64,000 nucleotides of DNA from Penicillus capitatus (lineage: Eukaryota > Plantae > Chlorophyta). The notes under the pieces are model-generated. The model worked only from the letters and a program-made list of their open reading frames with translations, made no database searches and was not told the DNA's origin. Of the stretch, positions 22,125 to 33,455 are shown piece by piece. The DNA is taken from the NCBI GenBank assembly GCA_965649825.1, contig OZ287700.1:310001-374000 (forward strand). The letters are read 5' to 3'. Position 1 is the first letter of the stretch, and each line of letters opens with the position of its first letter. The translations under genes and the position numbers were made by a program.

Positions 22125-24320
22125 ATGACTTCTTATGGGCTCAGCGATCTTCAAAAGCTGGCCTGGACAAGAAAGCAGACAAGACTCAAACTGAATGTGA
22201 CACCGAGTCCAGAGACATCCCATCCAGACGTGCGTGTGTTCATTTAAGTTCATCTAGTTCATAAGCATTGACGTTTCTTTGTGGCTGAGACGACGCGTCG
22301 TGGCTTTCTAAGTCTTTTCAACCATGCAGCTGTGCCGGCCCTCTTCTCGGCTAGCAGCAGGAGTGCGTTTCTCTCCCATTCGGCGCGATTCGACGGCCAC
22401 TCCTGGACGAACGCAGACGAAGCGTCAGATTGACGTTGTTCGTGTTGTCGGGACGAGAGATGCGCTGTCCTTATATCGTCAGAGTCTGGCAACAGATGAG
22501 GTTCCTTTCGAAGACACTAGCTTCGAAACGGAACAACGAAACGTGTACTTCTCCAACAATGCTCCCGAGTGGACCGAACTCAAAACGCTGATGGAGAGAG
22601 AAGGCGAGCTCCTCGGAGATCCATCCCTTACACAAGTCAGGCAGAGCGCGTGATTCGTTGAATGACTCTGATATTCTCAGAGCGATTATTTGGAGACGGG
22701 TCCTCCGAACGCTCTTTCTCTGAAGAGGACGTTCGGCAAGTCGGATCCGATCCGAGTTAAACTCTACCGTGATTATGCCGCGTGGTGCCCTTTCTGTCAG
22801 AAGGTACATCGACAACCACCCACTGTGTGTTTTGATATGATCATTTGAGGGCAGATTTGGATACAACTGGAAGAAAAACAGATTCCTTATACTGTCGAGA
22901 AGATCAACTTAGGATGCTACGGGGAAAAATCGGAAAGTTTCCTTGAGAAGGCGCCTTCTGGTCTTGTGCCAGTGATAGAGCTTGACGGGAAGGTTCGGTT
23001 GGTGTGCACAGCCTTTTTCCGTGTTCAATGACCCTGGATCAGGTGATAACGGATTCGACGGATATCGCTCAGGCACTGGAAGACGAGTTCCCTGAAAACC
23101 CCCTTCTCCCACCAAAAGGTGTTTTTTTTTCTCTCAGTGAACAAAGCGTGACCGTTCGAACAGGAACGGCCGAACGCGACCAATGTGAAGAGATGCTTCG
23201 CCTACAGACAATGGTATCACAGGCATGGTGGCAGTGGATCCGTCATTCGTCAGATCCCAAGCAGGAACAAGATAACTTCGAGAAGGCGGTAGAGAAGATC
23301 GAAGAGGCACTGGCATCTCGTGATGGTCCCTTTTTCCTCGGAAAACAATTCTCCCTGGTGGATATCTCTGCTGTACTCCTTGAACGCATAGATGCAGCTC
23401 TCGTCTTTAACAAAGGAGTTCGAATCCGAGGAGAAGGTAAGGAAGACCCATCCGCCTCTGGTCACATTTTACCGTCTTTGAAGGAAAGTACCCGCATGTG
23501 GAAGCATGGTTCGCCGCCATGGAAGCCAGACCAACATACATAGCCACCAAGTCCGACTACTACACGCTTGCTTTTACTGTGCTGCCTCTTCTCAAAGATA
23601 GTTCCATCGCGGATGAAGGTGAGAGTGGTTGTTGGAAGAAGTCGGGTATAGTTCTGATAGTGATCATCACAGGCGAGAAGTTTGCGGAGACCATCTTTGG
23701 AAAGAACGGCGCATGGAGTCTGCCTTTGGAGCCTCTCTCTGCCAATTCTTTCGAGCCCTATTCTCCAGGAGACAATCCAAGGAGCGACAGATACCATGCC
23801 GGTCTGTCCTTGCGCTTTTCTTTCCCTTCTGCATCGATCTGTTGATCAGCTAAGAGACTGATCTCGAATCACGAAGCCATTGTGAAATTTGCTCTGAGGG
23901 CATGCGGAAAAGAAATCGATCGCAAGGTGACGGCACCCCTTGCGAATCCGACAGCACAACCTGGAATGCACGCTTTTACGGAGACGGATACAGCTATCAG
24001 GTGATCAAAGGGATCCGCCTTACGTCTGAGACCAGACGCTTTCTGCAGACACATTGCCCACGCGCTGCTTGTTGGAGTGGATGACAAACAGACACAGTCT
24101 TCAAAGATCGTCACACAGGCAGAACCCGAAAACAGCATGCTGCCCAGTGCCGATGCCGTCCTTTCATTGAGGTAATGCGTCAGATCCTTCGCCTTTAGAG
24201 ACGGGAGTCGTGTGCGTCAGGTATCTGAGAGATCGCATCGGCGTGCCCCGAGATCTGAAGTTCCCTGAAGCTCGACAACTGCGTGCACATGTGAACTGGA
24301 TGATCGATCTGATCAGCTAG
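22125..24320 (+). CDS. Glutathione S-transferase with a CPFC active-site motif (algal/cyanobacterial Cys-GST type), multi-exon
   Basis: VKLYRDYAAWCPFCQK|IWIQLEEKQIPYTVEKINL..APSGLVPVIELDG; ITDSTDIAQALEDEFP; GPFFLGKQFSLVDI; C-terminus YLRDRIGVPRDLKFPEARQLRAHVNW, with TAG at 24318-24320. Start is approximate. Confidence 0.88.
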
Positions 24321-24725
24321 ACCACCGATTTCCCGATACTCTGCTGTTTTTTTACATAGACACTGACTGTCTTGATAAGACGACTTTTGTCTAAGACGCT
24401 TTGCCTATGCATCTAGCGATGTGGATTATCGCGACAGTAACGGTGTCGCCTCGGATAACTTAATGAACTGTCCTCTGTCTCGACTTCGTGTTGCGATAGC
24501 CGTCTGTCGCGGATGCCATAATATGACTGACCATGCCAAACAGACAATCCATGTCTCGGGATGGGACCATGTGTCCGACATGAGTGCTTGGAGATGTCAG
24601 ACATGGATTTCTGGAGAGAGACGCTCCACCGCATTTCAATTCCGTTTCATCTAGTTCGACATCTTCTAGAACTCTTTCGTTCAAACGCCGTTCCCTTTAC
24701 CGCGAGGCTTTCGGTTTCTTATTCG

Positions 24726-25886
24726 ATGTCAGAGAACGGCAACAGTCTTCCTTCTTACGAGGGCGTGTACAATCGCATGATAAAATTCTTTGTGCCTCAA
24801 CGCATGGAGGAAGGACTCGCCGTCGAACTCGCCCATGAAGACATCGTTCTCGCCTCTGGACCGAAATCCGGAACGACGTGGACGCAGCAGGTCGTATCTT
24901 CTGCTGATGTCCTTCTCATTGCTTAGTGACACTGCCGTTAAACATTCGCAGATTCTCCACTCACTTCGATCTCGCGGACATCTCGACTACGAAGACATAC
25001 ACGATGTCATTCCGGTGATCGAATTCGTTGCATACGGAGGCAGAGGAATCATGCAAGAGTTCTATCCACCAGTATATAAGACGCACAGTTGCTACGAAGA
25101 GTGTCCAGCTGCAAAGAAAACGATCGTGGTGACAAGGCAAGTCGTCTTTTATCCCAAGAACATCTCGGATGGTAGGTGCATCCGATAGGAATCCGAATGA
25201 CGCCGCACTGTCTCTTCATTACTACTTTCGCGATTGGCTGTTTCGGCCGGACGAGTTGGATCTCGACGGATTCATTGAGTGTTTCTACAAGTGCAAGTTC
25301 CCGACGAACTGCTTTGGCATGGATGCACATCAGATGCGACACCTAGGTGAACGCCTGTTGCTCTTGCGAGATCGGCGTCGTATGCAGACTCTGTCTTGCA
25401 GTCAGTTGGTATCCTCTGAGAAAGGAGAAGAATATTCTGTGGTTGCACTATGAGGATCTGAAGGCTGATCTGCCCAAGTGCGTTCGAATGATAGCCGACT
25501 TCATTGGCGTCACGCTGGATGAGTCGTTGCTGGACATCGTTATGCACCAGGTTTGCTTTTTCTATCTGCTCTACTGCACTCGCTACTCTCTTTAGGCGAG
25601 CATCGACTTTATGAAGAAACATATCACGAAGTTCAATTCTCATAAACTGAAAATCGTTTTGAATGAGTTGGCAGGACTCGAAAGGGATGCCGGCTTAAAG
25701 GAACACAATGCTCAGAAAGTTAGAGCCGGTCATGTGAACGAGTCCAAGGAGGCATTTTCCGAGAGGGCGGAGAAGATGATGCGCGAGAAATGGATGGAAG
25801 TGGCGAAACCTGTCACGGGATGTGACAGTTATGAAGAGATGCGAGCCTCGGTGAACGCCGAACTTGGGAGGCAGTTTCCAATGTGA
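24726..25886 (+). CDS. Cytosolic PAPS-dependent sulfotransferase (Sulfotransfer_1)
   Basis: 5'-PSB motif DIVLASGPKSGTTWTQQ, YKTH, 3'-PB motif VVTR|NPNDAALS (split by a GC-AG intron), LWLHYEDLKADL, and KVRAG. Confidence 0.9.
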
Positions 25887-26431
25887 CGCGTTCCTCCGAT
25901 GGGATCTCTTGGCCCATCATACAGGAAAGCACGAGTTGATGGCTTCTGACATTGCACATGACATCGTGCTTCTTGTTGTTTCCACAAGATGGGACGTCAC
26001 ACAACTTGGCAGGGGGTATGAAGTCGCGTTGCATCAAAATGACCACACAAACAAACAAAAATTAAGAATCTGTTCACAAGTCTTTAGGACAATAAACGTT
26101 TCCACGATAGAACTTCGTGCCGACATCGGATGTGTTCTGTTCAGTATGTTACGATTGCAACGTCATATCATCGAAAGAAGGCGTCAAACGCCAACTAGCT
26201 CTTCATTTATCTGCGTGCGAGCTGTCTCCGTACTTCGAAGTCTACGAGGTAAGAAGGATTTGGCGTCATTGTTGAATTCACAGGTTATAGAAATTGAGTG
26301 TCTGTTACGCTTGAACTTTTCGTCACATTCGGACGAACCGCAGCCCACTCACAGTGTAATTCACGCTGACAGGTCATCGAAGATTCTTGACGACGCGTTA
26401 ATTGCTATATTTTGGAACGAACGACGATGCA

Positions 26432-27874
26432 ATGATTACCCATATCGTCAAGACGTGTGTCGTTTGCCGCAGAGCTGTTCTCGGGTCTTACCACGGAGTT
26501 CAATTGACCATCTGCTGCGCACAATGCTGTGAAAGCGCTCGTAAAGGCGACCAGCCAATGCCGGTTTTGCTGTCGGCGTCGTACATCGTGTTCGCCTCGT
26601 GCTGCAATGAATCAGACCTGCAGCACTTGCACTTCAAACTGAGAGACAGTTTGTCTGACGCAGAAGACCCCGGCCAGCGCCTCTACCTTACTCTAGAAGT
26701 CAGTTATGTGTCCCAAGTCGTCAAAATAGAGGAAAAGAAGAGGCAACAGAAGGAATTGCAGCAGCAACTGCTGAAAAGAAAACCGGAACGTCGAATGGAA
26801 TGTGTCGTCTGCAGCAGAGCTGTTCTCGGGTCCTACTACGGAGTTCAATTGACTATCTGCTGCGCACAGTGCTGTGAAAGCACGCGGAAAGGAGTTCGGC
26901 CAATGCCAGCTTTGCTGCCCGCGTCGTACATCACCTTTGCATCGTGCTATAATGAATCAGACTTGCAGCACTTGCACTTCAAACTGAGAGACAGTTTGTC
27001 TGACGCAGAAGACCCAGACCAGCGCCTCTACCTTGCCGCAGAGGTGCGTTATGTGTCCCAAGTCGTCAGAACGGAGGAACTGCATGAGAAAATGCTCAGA
27101 AGGAAGCAAGAGCTTCTGACGCAGCTGCACATCACAAATGATCAGCTCGCTGGTGGAAACAGAGTCTTGTGGAATGTCCTTCTCGGCGATTACTTGAAGC
27201 GCAAAGCACCACAGACAGAGCTCGCTTCTGTTCTTGAGCGTTTCGCCGAATTGAACCGTGCGACAGAGATTCTGAAGGCCAATCCCTGTGCGAATCCTGA
27301 AGCTGTGTTTGACTTCTGCTTGAGCAACCCCGAAGGCGGTCCAGAAGAATTCAGAGAACTGAAGACGAAAGTCTGTTCGGTTTTCCGACTGGAGGGTCCG
27401 AGAATCTTCCAGCATCTGACAGATCTGGAGATCGCGCGGTTGATCGGCACGCCGCTCGAAGAAGAGGCACGAAGACTAGGAGGGGATGCGGTTTCTCGGC
27501 ACCTCGTCCTACGTCATCTTCGCAAACAGGTCGGATACCTGTTGGCCGAGGAGATCATGGCAGATCCTCTCTGTCAACGGTACTTCAAGGCAGGCAAGGA
27601 CGAATCCAAGATTGCCTACGAGATGCTGGAATGCTGGGGATGGATCCTTAAACGGAATGAGAGGAGAGTGAAGATGGAGAAGGCCTTTTTCTCCAGACGG
27701 CTTCCTACGCCTAGGAATTCTATTCGTTGCACTTGGTATGTTGAACACAAAATGGACTACGATCCTGACGAACTCGTTTCTCTGCACTACCCCTTGAACC
27801 TCTTAGGACTCTTGGATGGACAGGACAGAGGTCTGGCAAGAGAACCAGCCCTGCTGTTACCTTTGCTCGGTTGA
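26432..27874 (+). CDS. Intronless Cys-rich protein with two tandem XPA-like Zn-finger modules; paralog of 4294..5253
   Basis: About 480-aa uninterrupted ORF from ATG 26432. It has two CVVC-x15-CCAQCC...QRLYL..EV.YVSQV modules, and its C-terminal half aligns with the 319-aa paralog. Confidence 0.78.
   Translation: MITHIVKTCVVCRRAVLGSYHGVQLTICCAQCCESARKGDQPMPVLLSASYIVFASCCNESDLQHLHFKLRDSLSDAEDPGQRLYLTLEVSYVSQVVKIEEKKRQQKELQQQLLKRKPERRMECVVCSRAVLGSYYGVQLTICCAQCCESTRKGVRPMPALLPASYITFASCYNESDLQHLHFKLRDSLSDAEDPDQRLYLAAEVRYVSQVVRTEELHEKMLRRKQELLTQLHITNDQLAGGNRVLWNVLLGDYLKRKAPQTELASVLERFAELNRATEILKANPCANPEAVFDFCLSNPEGGPEEFRELKTKVCSVFRLEGPRIFQHLTDLEIARLIGTPLEEEARRLGGDAVSRHLVLRHLRKQVGYLLAEEIMADPLCQRYFKAGKDESKIAYEMLECWGWILKRNERRVKMEKAFFSRRLPTPRNSIRCTWYVEHKMDYDPDELVSLHYPLNLLGLLDGQDRGLAREPALLLPLLG
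26456..27075 (+). repeat. Internal tandem duplication (period 345 bp) of the Zn-finger module
   Basis: Copies start at 26456 (TGTGTCGTTTGCCGCAGAGCTGTTCTCGGGTC) and 26801 (TGTGTCGTCTGCAGCAGAGCTGTTCTCGGGTC), with long identical runs such as CAGCACTTGCACTTCAAACTGAGAGACAGTTTGTCTGACGCAGAAGACCC. Confidence 0.92.
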
Positions 27875-28137
27875 CATGAATTGAAAGGACCCGTTGTTAT
27901 GCAGCTCACTGAATCCGATAGAAATCGGCAGTGACAAGTTGAATGTAGTCTGTCCCTTACGCACAATGACTCCGAGAGACGCCTTATTTCTCGGGGCGCA
28001 CGCGCCGCACTCTGCGTCGGGAGGGACCGCGGTAATCATAAAACATTTTCTGCTTCTTGACGCCCATTGTGCTTTCGTTCGTTCTTCTTGACAGATAGGC
28101 TTCCGTTGTCATCGGATACTTGCACATCGTTCCTTGA

Positions 28138-28524
28138 AAACTTGATCGCTCGATCGTCAACGGGGAATATGAAAGAACCCGAAAGAGAGACAGAGAGGAG
28201 AAACAGTCTCGGGATTGCACAATACCGTTTGATGCTTACGCGGAAAACGGCCGAGCCTGGCTTGGCACTTACTACTGTGGTCACATCGGACGGCAGATCG
28301 ATACGTATACAAATGAAGCGAGAAAAGCACCAGATCGGACGGTGCCATCGTTTAAAATGAGATCCGACGGGAAGGCTTATGGCCGACGTCCTGTTTACAA
28401 CATCGCTGAAAAGGGCGACAAGTATAAATGTCTCTCCGCCTTCGAAGTCGAACTTCTTGTGTTCGACCAGTGTCTGGAGGAGAGGTGGGTATCGGCCATC
28501 GAACAGCAAACCTTATGCGTCTAG
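28138..28524 (+). pseudogene. 129-codon open frame without an upstream ATG (orphan exon or gene fragment)
   Basis: The frame ...SRDCTIPFDAYAENGRAWLGTYYCGHIGRQIDTY...KYKCLSAFEVELLVFDQCLEERWVSAIEQQTLCV* reads protein-like but is closed upstream by TGA at 28135-28137. Confidence 0.3.
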
Positions 28525-29067
28525 CACCGTTCGTGGCCATGGTCTTGAGAATATATGCCGTTCACGTCTCTGTACATTTCTCGTGTGTGATAAGAAGGAC
28601 GCGATCAGAAGATAGTGCACGGCGACACAGACGACTTGCCACATTGCTTACTTTCCTGCGGTCTCCCAAACGGACATCGCTTAACTTCATAAACAACAGT
28701 CCGACGCTGTCGAAGATACAATACCTGGCTGAGTGAGGGAAACACCGGTTATGCAATATCTTTATACTGCCATCAGTTGACTCGAATCGTCGCTAAAATG
28801 TGGTCTTCGACACTGGAGAGCGTAAGTCTTAAGTTTTGGACAACATGGAGTGTTTTGTCAAATAGTGTTTATTCGGCTGCGACTTGAAAAACAACTTGAC
28901 ATCGGAGATCTCATGTGATCCATGAAAACCAGATTACTCGGCATCTTTAAACGGAGGCTATATATTCCAGCCCCCTTGCGTTTGAATGTCGTTGGATGTT
29001 GTTCATGCTAACACAAGCAGATAATAATAGAATTGAAAATCTAGTGGCAGAAGAGCAGAATAAAGGA

Positions 29068-30770
29068 TCAAGGCTTTAGCAAACTGGCAAGAGTGTCCCG
29101 AGTCTGTTTGGAACAGGAAGGATTCGAGCGACACACGCAGTTCATCGGGGTATGCCCCCATTTTGTTTTCTTCGTCTTCGACCTTGATCCTCCATGGGCT
29201 AACAGTATCTGAACCGGAACGTCAGAAACGGAACTGAAATCGTGATTACCTGGACAACTGCGACGCTTCCTTTTTGCGAAGCGTAACGAAGAGGTGTATA
29301 GCCATTGTGGGTAACGGCATTGACATTTGCGCCGCCATGTTCCACGAGAACCTGCGAAATGGCCGCGTAAGCACGGACGTGCTTAGTTTCGGCGTCACTT
29401 GAACGACATCGGAATACCCGTGTATTGCAGCCCAGTGCAGTGCTGTCAATCCATTTTTGTTGTAGGCATTCACATGGGCTCCGTTGTCCAGCAGCATCTA
29501 CAGATCACCACGTGGGAATGATATCAAAAGAGAAGACGGAAGTCACGCTTACCCTGGTAATAAAAAGGCGGTTGTGACTTGCAGTAGACATCAGCAAAGT
29601 GGCGCCATTCTTCTTAACCGCATGGACAGCTGCGCCATAGTCCAAAAGAACCTGTAAATCGATTGATTAGACAGGCAAAGAAAACAGGTTCTAGCGTCAC
29701 CTGGACAGCATCGGCATATCCCTGGGTTGCTGCTTCGTGTAGAGGTGTGGCCCCTGTCAAATCGGTAACATTTATATTAGCTCCGCCATCCAGGAGAACC
29801 TCCATTTAGCCGCGTAGGAGACGATTTCGGAGGAACTAAGTAACAGTTACCTTGACGATATCTGCGCGCCCAACGTGTGCCGCCACAAAAAGAATGGGCG
29901 ATAAGGACTCTCCGCCCGATGTATTCACGTCATTTCCAGCGTCAATGAGAATCTGCGAATGAGTCTTACGCAGCTTGAACGCACAATAGACTCCATCATT
30001 GCCTTCACAGCTTCGAGATGTCTGTTGACTATAGTACCATTAAGCAGCTCCCACTCCATGATGTGTATGTCGGCTCCGTTGTCGATGAGAATCTGTTGCT
30101 CGGATCGTCACGTCATTAGCACAAGAAACGATTAACGAGTTATTTACCTTCAGAGCTTCAACATGTCCATGACAGGCTGTGAGATGAATCGGCGTCCTTC
30201 CATCCAACTGTCGAGCGTTGACGTTACCGCCGGCTTTGGAGAGGATCTGACGAGTGATGATCTGTGAGATGTTTGTCTCCAGACGCAACAGACTTCACCT
30301 CAATGATGTCGGTGTGTCCAACAAACGCCGCAACGTGAATGGCCGTCTGTACGTTGACGGCGGCCGCGTCGACAAACGCACCATACATAGTCAACAAGCA
30401 CCTTGATCGAACAAATGCAAACAGGATCGAACGAATGACTTGATCTGGAACACCAACGCGTCTCAATCTAAGGTCGCAACGTACATCCGCGTGCGAGAAC
30501 GCAGTATACGTCTAACCGCTAGACGCGACAGGTGCTCCGACAGAGTACGACTTTTTTGTTCTCACGATACGCACCTTAGCGCAGTGAGGAGCGTAGTAGA
30601 CAGCAGCCCAGTGCAGAAGAGTCTAGCCTTTCTGCATCTGGTAACCCCTGACTTCGACACCGTCTTCGTACTCACTGTCGGGATACAATCCTGCCGCAAG
30701 AAGTGCCTCTGCGTTGATCGCATCGTCCACTTGAATAGCAGATATCATTTTCTGGACGTCACACGAAGCC
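29068..30770 (-). pseudogene. Ankyrin-repeat gene, one repeat per exon, apparently disrupted
   Basis: About 10 phase-0 exons, each about one ankyrin repeat (e.g. VLLDGGANINVTDLTGATPLHEAATQGYADAVQ; MLLDNGAHVNAYNKNGLTALHWAAIHGYSDVVQ). There is an in-frame TAG in G*TLLHWAA (30623-30625) and a 4-bp duplication at 30382-30389 that shifts VLVDY/GAFVDA. Confidence 0.75.
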
Positions 30771-30940
30771 TATGCAATGGAATCGTGCACCAGCCATGCT
30801 CACCGTGACCATCTCAGTTTGAGACAGCTTTGCGTATTGTTTGCGTCTTTTGCATATCTTCCTTTCTGTCTTCTTATCCGTCTTACATTCCGTTTCCTTG
30901 ACTCGATGCTATACTCGAATGATCAGCGTTCTGTTAAGTG

Positions 30941-32764
30941 TCATCGGCTAGATCTTGCCTTAGAACGACGCTGAGTTATCTCTCTGATCCAATCCAGATA
31001 ATGGTCAACACTCGTGTAAACAGCCGGTTCACATATACTGCACTGTCCGGCCGGTGTTGATCCGCATGACGCAACTCCAACAATCATATCAAACTTCGGG
31101 TTTCCTGCAGTGATGTCTCGGTTTGGAGCATCCGCCAGCAACAAAGGCCCGTCCGTATCGCCTACTACATTGTCTCTTGTTCGGGCAGACGATATGCAAA
31201 GCAGAAAAGCGGGGACACCGTTACCTTCGCACGCGTCCTCTCTGAGACTCTTGATGCAGATCCAACTGCTGTTGTCCAGCGTTTTAGATGTATTCTTGCA
31301 GCTCTCCTGCTCGGCGATGATCAGTTTGTCATTGATGTGAATATCTCTGACACTCTCGGCGGCCTCCGTCTTCCCCCATCCCGTTGCTGTCATCGAGTCG
31401 CCAAACGTGATTGGAACACCGCCGGATCCGAGAAGCGGCAGTGTAAGATTCGTCGCTCTTCTGTCGAGCTTCAGCACTGCAATGTCGTGTCCGTCTGCGA
31501 AATCGCCCGTCCAACCATCCGCTACGTATCCCTTGACCGCTTCAAACACCTGTGACGAAAGACGAAGACGCGATTTCGGCAAGAGCGCCCTGTCTGCTGA
31601 CCTTGCCGGGGTCTGATTCATCGAGTTGGCGAATTCCGCAGTAGACAATAGGCGACAGACCGACGGACACAAGAATTCTCGTATCGACGCAATGCGCCGC
31701 CGTCACCACCCAGTCGCGTCGGAAGAGAGTTGCAGCGCAGACGTGAGCCCGACTGCCGCGCTCCCGCAGGCTGCACATGTACGGAAAGCGCAGCGAAGCC
31801 TTTTTCGTGTTCTGTTAGACATCGCTGTCCCATAAGGAAACGGAAAAAAAGCTCGACGCGCAGCTTACCGCGGTGTTCGGATAGGTGACGGCTTCCCGAA
31901 AAACATCTTCATTGTATTCTGCAGCACACGGATGTTAAGAACGAGGTTTTGTATTCTTCGCACCTTGACTGCCATGAGACGCGCGAATCGCAAACAGCAA
32001 CATGCACAGCAACGACAAACGTAGTAGCGCCGACATCGGATTATTCCGATGGCACGGTCGGCTTTTCTGATGCGGAATGCACAAACATCTTTCTCTGCGA
32101 ATTGCGTCTTTGATGACCGAAGCATCGTTTGGATGACGATTGATGAGCATAACACCACCATTCTCCGTTGCTTCGTCGTTTGCGAACAGCGGGTTTTCTA
32201 TCGTGGTAATGTCGCCAATGGACACGTCGCCGTACCAAGCCTTGTTCTGGACAAATGTGCTTGATTTGATGCTTCCATCTGTGGACTGGATGTAGATCGC
32301 ACCGTCGCTAAGCCCGGAGCTGTCGTTCTGGAATGTGCACTTCCCTGATATTCTGAAGGAACTGACACGCACCACGCTGACAGGCGCCCCTCGTTCGGCT
32401 CAATTCCTAAAGAAGGTGTTATGGTGAAGGATGACGTTCACAAGCTTGCCAGTGACGTGTAGAGTCCCTTCCAAGGTATCCGTTCTGGTATTCTCAAAAG
32501 TGAAGCGAAAGAACGTGAAATTCACTTGCTTCTTAACCTACACCTGCCCCTGAAACAAGTATGGTGCTTGAAACCAATGTGGTATCTGGTTGTCCACTGC
32601 ATCTATCTCGTCTACGGTGAGGCGACATTCTCCACCTACGCAACAAAGTTTTGACGGACACAAATCATCGTCGGGTGCTTTTATAGACCAGGGGTCGAAA
32701 CATAAAAAACAGCAATGAAGAAAAGCAAGAAACATAGCGCAAAGCGAAATAAATGCTTTCTCAT
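30941..32764 (-). pseudogene. Secreted parallel beta-helix (POMP/pectin-lyase-like) + trypsin-like protease gene, decayed
   Basis: The signal peptide MRKHLFRFALCFLLFFIAVF is out of frame with the mature region. Beta-helix motifs FQND..DGAIYI and FANDEATENGG. In-frame stops at 32538-32540 (TAG) and 32400-32402 (TGA). Trypsin motifs RFPYMCSLR, VVTAAHC, HDIAVLKL, TATGWG, YTSVDHYLDWI; the catalytic GDSGGP has become GDTDGP. Confidence 0.82.
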
Positions 32765-33455
32765 GAAGGCCAGGTGTTGGGAATCTTTAACGACTTGACG
32801 AAAATACCGAGTAAAACTGAAAGTTAAACAACGGCGAAACAACACGAGCGAATACAGCACGAGAACACAAGATGATTTACAAGGGAAAGCTGTTTTAAAG
32901 GGCCCCGGATAATTATGGAAACGTAACCTTAGTTTCTAACAGACAAGAATTACACACCGAGTCTCAAACGACCGTCCCACCGTTATCTGGAAGTCGAGAG
33001 AACGCAATAAGTAGCCTTTCTCGACGGCTTGGGGACGTCTTGGTTGTTACCTGATCCGGCGGTTGTTGCGGTTGTTGCGCGCCGGCGTTTGCTAAACTAT
33101 CCTTATGTGGGAAGAATGCGTGATTTCGGCTGTTTCACGTTACGCCTGCATCTAGTTCACAGACAGCCGAAAGGGAGAGGGAAACCGGGATTAGTAGTGC
33201 CGTAGCAAGGGCGAGCCCATTAATCTGACACAGACAAGGGAACAGACAGCAATCGGTGTGCCGGGAGGTGTGGAAACCATAGGTTCTTCAGTTCAAAAGA
33301 CCCCGTTTAGAAATTGTGTAGATTCAAGCTGACATTGTATCGCTTTATAAGCGACATCTACGTTGCGAACGGTCTCGTTGACGAGACGAAATTAGCGAAT
33401 CAACGAAAACAAGACTTTCTCCTCCATGTTTCGTTAAAGAGCATCAAGCACTATG

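Noticed and set aside
29068-32764. In-frame TAG codons in the ankyrin and beta-helix regions read as Gln (the TAR=Gln code of some ulvophytes)
   Set aside because: Two exons of about 1,450 codons contain no TAA/TAG. Conserved genes (VPS72, NTPCR, GST, DnaJ, CDKG) end at TAG/TAA where expected. The same locus also has a TGA and frameshifts, so pseudogenisation is simpler.
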